The notes beneath the pieces are model-generated. The model did no database searches. It worked only from the letters and a program-made list of their open reading frames with translations, and was not told the DNA's origin. The position numbers and the translations under genes were made by a program. A stretch of DNA of 32,000 bases, taken from NCBI GenBank assembly GCA_030613005.1, contig JAUWMV010000005.1:33047-65046 (forward strand), given 5' to 3'. This document shows positions 19,239 to 27,314 of this stretch, one piece after another (position 1 is the first letter of the stretch; each line of letters starts with the position of its first letter). Origin of the DNA: a bacterium (GTDB lineage Bacteria > UBP14 > UBA6098 > B30-G16).

Positions 19239-19279
19239 AAGAGCATTGCTTTTAAAGTGATTAAGAAAATAGGATAGAA

Positions 19280-20440
19280 TTGAGAACAATCGTTCACATA
19301 GATATGGATGCTTTTTTTGCTTCGGTAGAGCAATTGGATAGACCAGAACTCCGTGGGAAACCAGTTGTTGTGGGAGGTGATCCTTTTAAAGGCAGAAATG
19401 TCGTGTCTTCCGCTTCGTATGAAGCCCGAGCTTATGGAATCCACGCTGCAATGCCCACCAGACATGCATATCGTCTCTGTCCTCAAGCTACTTTTTTAAA
19501 GGGCAGATTTGCTCGGTATGAGCAATTTTCAAGACGTATTTTTGAGATAATGCTTAAATTTTCTCCGGCTGTCGAGCCTGCGTCCATCGACGAGGCTTTC
19601 GTTGATTTGACAGGTACTGAGAAGTTGTTTGGCGATCCAATCGAGACCGCAAAAATGATTAAAGAGGAAATTAAGGTCAATGTTAATCTTCCAGTATCAG
19701 TGGGCGTAGCTCCCAATAAATTATTAGCAAAAATTGCTTCCGAGGAAATGAAACCGGATGGGTTTTTCGTAATTAAAGAGAATGAGATAAGAAGTTTTCT
19801 TGAACCTAAACCGTTGTCCATAATCCCAGGAATTGGTCCCAAGCTCAGCGAACAATTGGCAGGTTTCGGGTTCGTTTTGATTGGAGACGTTTTGAAATAT
19901 TCACTTAAGGAATTTGTGAAGACTCTTGGTGGCTCTGGCAGGGAACTTTATCAACTCGTTCAGGGAATTGACGATCGACCTGTGAAGCCGCCTGAAGAAC
20001 GAAAACAAATATCACAAGAGAGAACTTTCAATAGTGACATTTCAGATTTTGGCTTGCTTAAATGGAAACTTCTGCTGCTTTGTGATCGTATTGCAGAAAG
20101 GTTGTTGAAACGTCAAATTGTTGGTAGAACAATAACTTTGAAAGTGAAATTTTCTGATATGAAATCCATAACTCGGTCGGAAACAATAGATTATCCAACC
20201 AGATCCAATAAGTTAATCTATGATATTGCAGAAAAACTGCTTATTAATGTACAGAAAAGGAATATTAGGCTTCTTGGAATATCAATTTCAAATCTTGTTC
20301 CTTCAGTGGATTGGAGTTCACAATTGTTTAATGTTGATAGTAAATCTGAAGATTTAGTTAAGTTGATGTTAGATATCCGAGAAAAACACGGATATGACAG
20401 AATTGTCAGAGCATTCGAAATATCGAAAAAGAGACGCTAA
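19280..20440 (+). CDS. dinB: DNA polymerase IV (Y-family translesion polymerase)
   Basis: TTG start. MRTIVHIDMDAFFASVEQ, SIDEAFVDLTG, SVGVAPNKLLAKIAS, and the HhH motif PGIGPKLSEQL. 386 aa. Confidence 0.95.
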   Translation: MRTIVHIDMDAFFASVEQLDRPELRGKPVVVGGDPFKGRNVVSSASYEARAYGIHAAMPTRHAYRLCPQATFLKGRFARYEQFSRRIFEIMLKFSPAVEPASIDEAFVDLTGTEKLFGDPIETAKMIKEEIKVNVNLPVSVGVAPNKLLAKIASEEMKPDGFFVIKENEIRSFLEPKPLSIIPGIGPKLSEQLAGFGFVLIGDVLKYSLKEFVKTLGGSGRELYQLVQGIDDRPVKPPEERKQISQERTFNSDISDFGLLKWKLLLLCDRIAERLLKRQIVGRTITLKVKFSDMKSITRSETIDYPTRSNKLIYDIAEKLLINVQKRNIRLLGISISNLVPSVDWSSQLFNVDSKSEDLVKLMLDIREKHGYDRIVRAFEISKKRR

Positions 20441-20545
20441 AAAAAAAATTTAGATAGTGAAATAATAAATTGACTTTTATTATAGATTTGTATATTTATA
20501 TTATTGTAGGATTTTAAAAGAATGATTTTGAATAGGAGGTTTATT

Positions 20546-23500
20546 GTGAAAAAGTTTGTATTAGTTTTTACATTGATAGCCACTTTCTGTTTGGTCGGTG
20601 CAATTGCCCCGGAAATAATTGGCATTTCCATCGATAGAGGCATTCACGGCATGTCATACAGTATTTCAATCATTGGAAACAACTTCATTGCCACACCCAC
20701 AGCAGATTTTGGAATTGGTATCAATACAACTGCAGTAAATTACTTCGGATTATCGATTATCGTAGCTGACATCGACGTTACTTTTGGAGCGCCATTAGGA
20801 TTCCACGATATGATTGTAACTAATCCGAGTGGTGAGGCGGACACATTGTTGGATGCTTTCGAGGTTCTACCTGAGGATGATCCACCGGAAGTATATCTCA
20901 TTCATCCCGATACATGCGGTGGATATTTCGGTTGTTTAGATCGTCCCATCGAAATAAAATTGGTCGACGGTAGTGGAATCGATGACACACTTCTTCAAGT
21001 CCGTATGAATGGCATAATCTATACAATTGATTCGATTCAGATAGCGTTACTCGGTGATACAGTTCTCTATTTTATTCCACGAGATTCATATTTTACAGAT
21101 GGCGATATATTCGATTTCGCCATTGTTAGAATAGCGGATACTTTTGGAAATGTTTCCATACTACCATTTGACTGTACATTTATTGTAGATAGACAAGCAC
21201 CTTTTGTATTAACTTCAGAACCGCCTATCGATGGTTTTACAAGAGATGAAGTGCCTGATTTTCAGATATGGTTGGTTGATTCCGGTGCAGGGATCGATAG
21301 CAGCGGTTTTGAGTTTTTAATTATCCGAAATTCACTTTCGGAAACTCTTGCATATGATATTACGGATGCAAGCCTGTATTTTCGACGCGATACTCTTGTT
21401 TGGCGTGGATGGATGACAGATTTTATATTTGAGGACGGTGAAACGATAATGGTTTGCATTCATGCAACAGATTTAGTTCCTGGGGGAGCTTGTGGTCCTA
21501 ATGAAATGGATACATGTTGGCCTTTGCGATACGTATTTATCCCTCCAATACTTATTGACTTAACAATAGATAGAATTTATACCGATAAGTTTCCTATGGT
21601 TACTGGACATTGCCTTGTTCTTGATGAATTTAGCAATACTGTTGAACATTTGGACGCATCCAATTTCACGGTATGGGAAGATCATGGAATCGGTTGGAAA
21701 GAACAGTATCCTCTTATCGTTCAACCTTTGGGTGGAAGCGGAATGATCGATATTGTGTTCTGCATAGATACAACTGGGAGTATGCACGGTATGATTTCTT
21801 CTGTTGAAGCTGGTTTAGTAGCTTTTGCTGATTCCTTAATTGTTGCAGGTATATCACCAAGACTAGGATTAAATACATTTGGAGACGGTGTTAACTTTAC
21901 ATATGGTTACGAACTGACAGGTGCTATCTTGACATTTCGAGCTCGAGTTGCGTCTATAGGTGCAGGTGGAGGCGCTGACGGAGAAGAAGAGTCTTTAGAT
22001 GCTATAATGATGGCATTAGACTCAATGAATTTCCGATCTGGGGCTCATATTGTTATAGTTATGATTACAGACGCAAGAGCATGTACTCTCGGTGAACCAC
22101 CTCCGTATAGCTTGTGTAACTCGGATTATACCTTAAGTATGGTTGAGTCGAATCTATTAATGAATAGAGCGGATCTTTTCGTTGTAGCTAATTCGAGACT
22201 CGACATGGGCTATCCGGGATGGGAAGCTATTTATACCGATTTATGCGAATCGACTCCTTCGGGTAGGTTTTTCTCGTGGGATAGTTCATTTACAATGATC
22301 TTATCGTATATTTCGGAAGCTGTTAGAGGAGGTTATATAATTTCCTGGACAAGTTCACATCCGTTTGCTGACTGTCAGATGCGGAATGTAAAAATTCGTG
22401 TGGATGCCTATGGTCTCGATGATACTCGTACAAAAGGTTATCTTGCTCCATGTTCACCGACAACAGCCATTTTAGAACCATTGCCCGATACATGGACATC
22501 GGATTCTATTCAAAGAATTCTTATGACATTTGATGAACTTGAAGCAGAAGATTCCATCGACGAAACCTCGATTGTGTTTATGGTGAAAAGGAAACCATTC
22601 AATATATACGATCCTGTGATGAATTATACTGATCCAATTCTAACCTGGACTCCTAATCAAGCATTCACAAATAACGAGGTTGTCGACGTAGAACTTAGTA
22701 GAGTTATGGATCTGCAAGGGAATCTACCATTCGCTGGTCCTGTTCGATGGAAATTCAGGGTCGATTTAGAACCACCGAGAGTCACCTATAAGAAGCCTGA
22801 TAACGGCGATTATGTTATTACACATACTCCTAAGATATGTTTCAAAATCTGGGATGAAGAATCCGGTTTGAACAAGGAAGGCTTGTTGATTGCAGTGGAT
22901 AATAAACTAAGCCGACAGCAGTTTCCGCCATTTATAGTTACATTTACGTATAATAGTGACGGGGTTAGTTGGGATGGAAGATATCTTTGTTGGGATCCAA
23001 TTGAAGCTGGAATTAGCTTTATGGATAGAGATACTGTGTGTGTAAATATTCTTCGAGCTGTTGACCAACCTGATTATGGTGATCCTAATGTATTAGAAGA
23101 CAGATGGTGCTTTATTATACCGGACGACGATACATTGTGTCCGGAATTCTCGGATCTATCACCGGATTCTACTATTCCGTTATCGCCTTTGAATCCCTTT
23201 GATATACAAGCAAATATTGTTGACGAGACTGGAGTATATAATGCGTGGGTAGAATGGGATATAGATGGCGATCTCGATGATGGTACCTTCAGTATAACTG
23301 ACATGCAAGAATTAACAGATGATATTTTCAAGACGATAAATAGTATTCCCGGTCAAAGAGAGGTTATAGATTTCGTTTATAGGATTTGTGCCTGCGATAA
23401 CGATACAGATCATGGCGATTTCACAGATTCTTCATGCTGTTGTAGTGATATTATGCCATTATATTTTGGCCAGGGTCCTGCCGCTGAACCTATTGAACCA

Positions 23501-24427
23501 ATAAATAGTACAGTCTCTACAAACGAGGATCAAAGAATTGTGGTAAGAATTTATGATGACGAGTCAGGTGTTGACCCATCGACAATAATCTTGAGAATTA
23601 ATTCCATAGATTATCACTTTGGCGGTCCTGATATGGTGTTTTCAGGTGAAACACTTTACTATTATCCGCAACCAGGTAATTATTTCACCGATGGTGAAGA
23701 TGTCGATGTTGAAATTGTTCAAGCAAAGGATAAGGCTGGTAATGATCTCAGAGGTGTTTATAGATGGTCATTTTTTGTCGATCTAACACCACCTGTCGTT
23801 ACTAAACACGATCCAGCACGACGACAGTTGATTATGGATAGTCAGTATACTCTTAAATTTGAGATTGTCGATAGATGGCGAGAAGTTGATCCTCTTACAT
23901 TGGAATTATTCATTTACAATAGGATACTTCATCCAACTGGTGACGTGGGTTGGACATATACTGTAGATTCAAGTGGTTTAAATTGGGACGAAAGAAATCA
24001 TAGCTTGAAATTTGTACCCATAGATGCTGTGCCACAGTTTGCTTATCCTAACAATGACACAGTTTGTATAAGGCTTCTTGCAGCTGATCTAATGCCGGAT
24101 TACGGTTTAAGGAACTTTATGGATCCGTTTAATTTGTGCTTCCTATTCGCGGTTTCAGGATGTGATGCCGAGCCACTTATTGTGACTCCTAACGGTGATG
24201 GTTTTAATGACATGGTTTATTTCACTTATCCCGATATGGTTAAAGGTATTGGAATAATATACATTTATGATACAGAAGGTGAACTTATTTGGGAATCTCC
24301 TAAAGGTGCAGATACATGGAGTTGCGTATCTGGAAGCGGGGAATTAGTTCGACCTGGTTTGTATATTTATGTCATCGAGGTCGGTGGTGAGGTTAAGTGC
24401 ACCGGTTCGATTACTGTTGCTCGATAA
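20546..24427 (+). CDS. Large secreted surface protein: IPT/TIG-like domain, three two-part Ig-like modules, a vWA (MIDAS) domain and a type B T9SS sorting domain (CHU_C/gliding C-terminal)
   Basis: GTG 20546 is preceded by AGGAGG (20534-20539). ATG 20522 is the alternative start, giving 1301 aa. Signal peptide KKFVLVFTLIATFCLVGAIA. vWA segment MIDIVFCIDTTGSMHG...SLDAIMMAL...IVIVMITDA (about 21740-22321, DTTGS at 21767-21781). C-terminal tail IVTPNGDGFNDMVYF...IYIYDTEGELIWES...PGLYIYVIEVGG...GSITVAR (24158-24424). Confidence 0.85.
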   Translation: MKKFVLVFTLIATFCLVGAIAPEIIGISIDRGIHGMSYSISIIGNNFIATPTADFGIGINTTAVNYFGLSIIVADIDVTFGAPLGFHDMIVTNPSGEADTLLDAFEVLPEDDPPEVYLIHPDTCGGYFGCLDRPIEIKLVDGSGIDDTLLQVRMNGIIYTIDSIQIALLGDTVLYFIPRDSYFTDGDIFDFAIVRIADTFGNVSILPFDCTFIVDRQAPFVLTSEPPIDGFTRDEVPDFQIWLVDSGAGIDSSGFEFLIIRNSLSETLAYDITDASLYFRRDTLVWRGWMTDFIFEDGETIMVCIHATDLVPGGACGPNEMDTCWPLRYVFIPPILIDLTIDRIYTDKFPMVTGHCLVLDEFSNTVEHLDASNFTVWEDHGIGWKEQYPLIVQPLGGSGMIDIVFCIDTTGSMHGMISSVEAGLVAFADSLIVAGISPRLGLNTFGDGVNFTYGYELTGAILTFRARVASIGAGGGADGEEESLDAIMMALDSMNFRSGAHIVIVMITDARACTLGEPPPYSLCNSDYTLSMVESNLLMNRADLFVVANSRLDMGYPGWEAIYTDLCESTPSGRFFSWDSSFTMILSYISEAVRGGYIISWTSSHPFADCQMRNVKIRVDAYGLDDTRTKGYLAPCSPTTAILEPLPDTWTSDSIQRILMTFDELEAEDSIDETSIVFMVKRKPFNIYDPVMNYTDPILTWTPNQAFTNNEVVDVELSRVMDLQGNLPFAGPVRWKFRVDLEPPRVTYKKPDNGDYVITHTPKICFKIWDEESGLNKEGLLIAVDNKLSRQQFPPFIVTFTYNSDGVSWDGRYLCWDPIEAGISFMDRDTVCVNILRAVDQPDYGDPNVLEDRWCFIIPDDDTLCPEFSDLSPDSTIPLSPLNPFDIQANIVDETGVYNAWVEWDIDGDLDDGTFSITDMQELTDDIFKTINSIPGQREVIDFVYRICACDNDTDHGDFTDSSCCCSDIMPLYFGQGPAAEPIEPINSTVSTNEDQRIVVRIYDDESGVDPSTIILRINSIDYHFGGPDMVFSGETLYYYPQPGNYFTDGEDVDVEIVQAKDKAGNDLRGVYRWSFFVDLTPPVVTKHDPARRQLIMDSQYTLKFEIVDRWREVDPLTLELFIYNRILHPTGDVGWTYTVDSSGLNWDERNHSLKFVPIDAVPQFAYPNNDTVCIRLLAADLMPDYGLRNFMDPFNLCFLFAVSGCDAEPLIVTPNGDGFNDMVYFTYPDMVKGIGIIYIYDTEGELIWESPKGADTWSCVSGSGELVRPGLYIYVIEVGGEVKCTGSITVAR

Positions 24428-24510
24428 GACCTGTAATGATAGCTGAGTTCGATTGAATGAAATTTTGAACAATACGTTTGAGATTTCGATTTAGAAAAAT
24501 AATAAATAAT

Positions 24511-24560
24511 TATCCTGTGATTGGCTTTGCGCAATTGAAGTTAGTCACAGGATATTTTTC
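24511..24560 (+). terminator. Rho-independent terminator downstream of the vWA surface-protein gene
   Basis: Perfect 10-bp stem tatcctgtga / tcacaggata (24511-24520 and 24545-24554), extendable with wobble pairs around an internal ttgcgcaa palindrome. It is followed by TTTTT (24555-24559) and lies 84 nt after the stop codon. Confidence 0.55.
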
Positions 24561-25038
24561 TGAGAAAGATAAAAAAAGCAGCATACATATCATTTTTCTC
24601 CGTTTAGGTTTAACTGTAAATTTAATTTCTCGATATACCTAAGCTTATTATAACTGGGATTACAACATTTTATGTGATGTTTAATGATTTCTTAGGTCGT
24701 GGCAATCAAGAAAACTCAAATTTAGCTTAGGAGTAAGCATTACGGTTTGAATGAATTTAGCGAGTAAAATTGGTATTAGAATATTTGTCCCCTTTTGCAA
24801 AAAAAGCAAAGATGTAGCAACACAAAGCAGTGTGTATCTTAATAGCGTTTTTTTCATGAGCATACGTTATTAATATATCGAGGCGTAATTTATAGAGGAA
24901 AACAGAGAATATGTTTTTTTTGAAGTTTAATTTTAAATATTTTATCAGACATAATTTTTTTAAATTTTGTGTGAAGAAGAAAAATGATTTAGGACTTCCT
25001 ATTTATAAAGATTAATTAGATTTTTCAAGGGGGTTTTT

Positions 25039-25998
25039 TTGAGTATTTTATTTCAGATAATTCTTGTATGTATATTTCTTTGTCTTTCTGCAATGTTTTC
25101 AGGGTCCGAGACTGCTTATTTTTCGTTATCTCCTCTTCACAGGGAAAAAATAAAATCTTTTCGCACAGTCTCTGCAAAGCGAGTAATAACATTATTGAAC
25201 AATCCTCAATCGCTTCTCACTGGAATACTTTCTGGTAATACAATCGTAAATGTTGCAGCTACAGTTGTTGTAACTTCAATGTTTGAAAGTTTTTTCCCAG
25301 GTAAAGGTGTTAATTATTCGATACCTTTTATGACAATTTTATTACTTATATTTGGAGAAATTACGCCAAAGGTAATTGCTGCACGGTGGAATTTGGACTT
25401 TGCGATGGCTTTGTCGAAATTTTTAAGAATATCGATGAAAGTTGTTTGTCCTGTAAGAATTTTGCTTGACCTGGTGAGTAAAATTGCAAAATCGACGGCT
25501 GTTTTTAAAGAGGAACTCACCGAAGCGGATATTAGAGCAATGATAGATGTCCTTCGAAGAAGTGGTAATACAGATCCTGATATCTTGAGAGCTCTTGCAG
25601 GAACTTTGGAATTGAGTAGAATCCCTTTGACCAAATTTATGGTCTATAGAAATGAATGGAATAAAATTGGCATAAAAACCACAGTTGGAGAAGTTTGCAA
25701 ATTATTATCGAAAGTTAGAGAAGGATATGTCGTTGTGATGGATAAAGAAAAGGTTATGGGAATTATAGAAGCCGAGGACCTTTTAGGTGCTGCCAATGAA
25801 GAGATATCGGGGAATTATATCCAGTTTCCATTATCAGTGAGTGAACGTACAAGTCCTGAGTCTTTGCTTAGAAGGTTTTTTATTTCAGGTGTAAATTGGT
25901 CTATGGTTCATGAAGATGGTTTGGAAATAGGAATTGTAAGTGCAAAAAGACTCTTATCCGCATTGATATCTGAGGAACTAACTGGAGAGTTAGCATGA
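25039..25998 (+). CDS. CNNM/DUF21 membrane protein with a CBS pair, lacking the CorC_HlyC C-terminal domain
   Basis: 319 aa. TTG start with AAGGGGG 5 nt upstream. DUF21 motif FSGSETAYFSLSP, four hydrophobic segments, then a CBS-pair region GTLELSRIPLTKFMVYRNEW...VVVMDKEKVMGIIEAEDLL. It ends directly after the CBS pair. Confidence 0.85.
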   Translation: MSILFQIILVCIFLCLSAMFSGSETAYFSLSPLHREKIKSFRTVSAKRVITLLNNPQSLLTGILSGNTIVNVAATVVVTSMFESFFPGKGVNYSIPFMTILLLIFGEITPKVIAARWNLDFAMALSKFLRISMKVVCPVRILLDLVSKIAKSTAVFKEELTEADIRAMIDVLRRSGNTDPDILRALAGTLELSRIPLTKFMVYRNEWNKIGIKTTVGEVCKLLSKVREGYVVVMDKEKVMGIIEAEDLLGAANEEISGNYIQFPLSVSERTSPESLLRRFFISGVNWSMVHEDGLEIGIVSAKRLLSALISEELTGELA

Positions 25999-27164
25999 TA
26001 AACATTTTATTGATAGCAATCGGTTTAGGTGGAGCAGCTTTTTTTCACGGTTCCGAAACAGCTTTCATATCTCGGATTTATAAACCCACAAAAGGAATTG
26101 CGGAATGGTGGCGGAATCGTCCTGGTATGCTTTTATCTACTGTGCTGGTTGGGACAAATTTGTCACTCGTTGTAGCAACTGCAATAGCAACGAATGTCAT
26201 AAAGAGGAACTTTGGTTTGTATTCAGAGATTATAACTACAATAGCAATAAGTATTATTGTTTTGATTTTTTGCGAAACGCTACCTAAATCTATGGCGCTC
26301 AAGAAGGATGTGAAAGGGATGCTGGCTTTAGGGTACATCTTGGTGGTTTTCAGGATTTTAACTTTTCCAGTTATTTTGTGTGCAACTGAATTTACAAAAG
26401 GAATAACCAAAATTTTTGAAATAATCGGTGGAAAGGACACAAGTCCACAGCCTAAGGAATTAATGGAATTACTCCGAAAGCCTGCAAAGGGGCTGGATGA
26501 AGGTAGATTGGTCATGCTTCTTGTTTTTCTGAGGTTTGCGAACAAACGGATACTCGATGTTATGACTCCGATTTCGCAGGTAGGTTCCATGGATGTTACC
26601 GAAAAAGCTAATTTGGCTCATAATCTCATTAAGGAGGGAAGACCATATATAATTATTTATAACGTGGATAGACCGTTAGGAGTAATAGATTCTTCAACTG
26701 CAGCGTTGATGAATCCCAATGAGCCTATCGATATTAATCGAATATCGACAGTATTTATACCCGAGAGCAAGGATGCTTCTGCATTTCTTCGTGAAACTGT
26801 AAACGATTTTACACCAGCTGTGGTAATAGATGAATTTGGAAATGTTACTGGTGCGTTCGGTGGATCACCTCTTTTAAAGAAAATTTTGCGAACAAAAGAA
26901 TTACCCGAGAAAGTTCTGGAGTATGCAGGTGCAAGTATTGTCATTAAAGGTAATATGACAATCGATCAACTAAATATTATTACTGGGGAACAACTTCCCA
27001 GAGGTCCATATAGAACGGTTTCAGGATTTATTCAGGAGCATTTGAAACAGATACCGAAATCAGGATATACATTTAAATGGGATTTTTTAAAATTTGTAAT
27101 CCTTTCAGCGGATGAAAGAAGAATTTACAAAGTTCGTGTGGAAAGATGCGAGGATTCAGAATAG
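25995..27164 (+). CDS. CNNM/DUF21-CBS-CorC_HlyC family protein (CorC/TlyC/GldE-like)
   Basis: 389 aa. ATGA overlap with the upstream paralogue. FHGSETAFISR, FANKRILDVMTPISQV, and the C-terminal CorC_HlyC-like GNMTIDQLNIITGEQLPRGPYRTVSGFIQEHLKQIPKSGYTFKW...YKVRVER. Confidence 0.85.
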   Translation: MINILLIAIGLGGAAFFHGSETAFISRIYKPTKGIAEWWRNRPGMLLSTVLVGTNLSLVVATAIATNVIKRNFGLYSEIITTIAISIIVLIFCETLPKSMALKKDVKGMLALGYILVVFRILTFPVILCATEFTKGITKIFEIIGGKDTSPQPKELMELLRKPAKGLDEGRLVMLLVFLRFANKRILDVMTPISQVGSMDVTEKANLAHNLIKEGRPYIIIYNVDRPLGVIDSSTAALMNPNEPIDINRISTVFIPESKDASAFLRETVNDFTPAVVIDEFGNVTGAFGGSPLLKKILRTKELPEKVLEYAGASIVIKGNMTIDQLNIITGEQLPRGPYRTVSGFIQEHLKQIPKSGYTFKWDFLKFVILSADERRIYKVRVERCEDSE

Positions 27165-27253
27165 AATTTGGGCTGTGAATTGATCTTGATAATTGTTAAA
27201 ATAATAAGTTGAGTTAATATGTAAATTAGATTAGTAGACTGGAATTAAATTCT

Positions 27254-27284
27254 AAAAAAAAAGAGCTCTCCAAAAGGAGAGCTC
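27254..27284 (-). terminator. Rho-independent terminator of the giant minus-strand gene (possibly a weak bidirectional stop for the CNNM operon)
   Basis: 9-bp GC-containing stem gagctctcc / ggagagctc (27263-27271 and 27276-27284) with loop aaaa. On the minus strand it is followed by nine T (27262-27254). It starts 30 nt after the stop at 27315-27317. Confidence 0.8.
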
Positions 27285-27314
27285 CTAAGGTTATTTAACC
27301 TTTAATTAGAGGTT

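Noticed and set aside
24681-24863. 60-codon minus-strand ORF as a real small-protein gene
   Set aside because: Its N-terminus is signal-peptide-like, but it has no SD and no recognisable family, and it is the only ORF of its size in a very AT-rich gap. I kept it as a note within a finding and did not call it as a feature.
24900-25038. Possible Mg2+ (M-box) or other cation riboswitch upstream of the CNNM operon
   Set aside because: The sequence is almost pure A/T with homopolymer runs. I see no extended conserved-looking helices or GC-rich cores, and the region is too short for an M-box.
26078-26590. 170-aa minus-strand ORF inside the second CNNM gene. The same applies to 25314-25634, 18303-18650 and 19483-19842 on the strands opposite the first CNNM gene, glnA and dinB.
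   Set aside because: All sit antisense within confidently assigned CDS. None has a start context or recognisable motifs.
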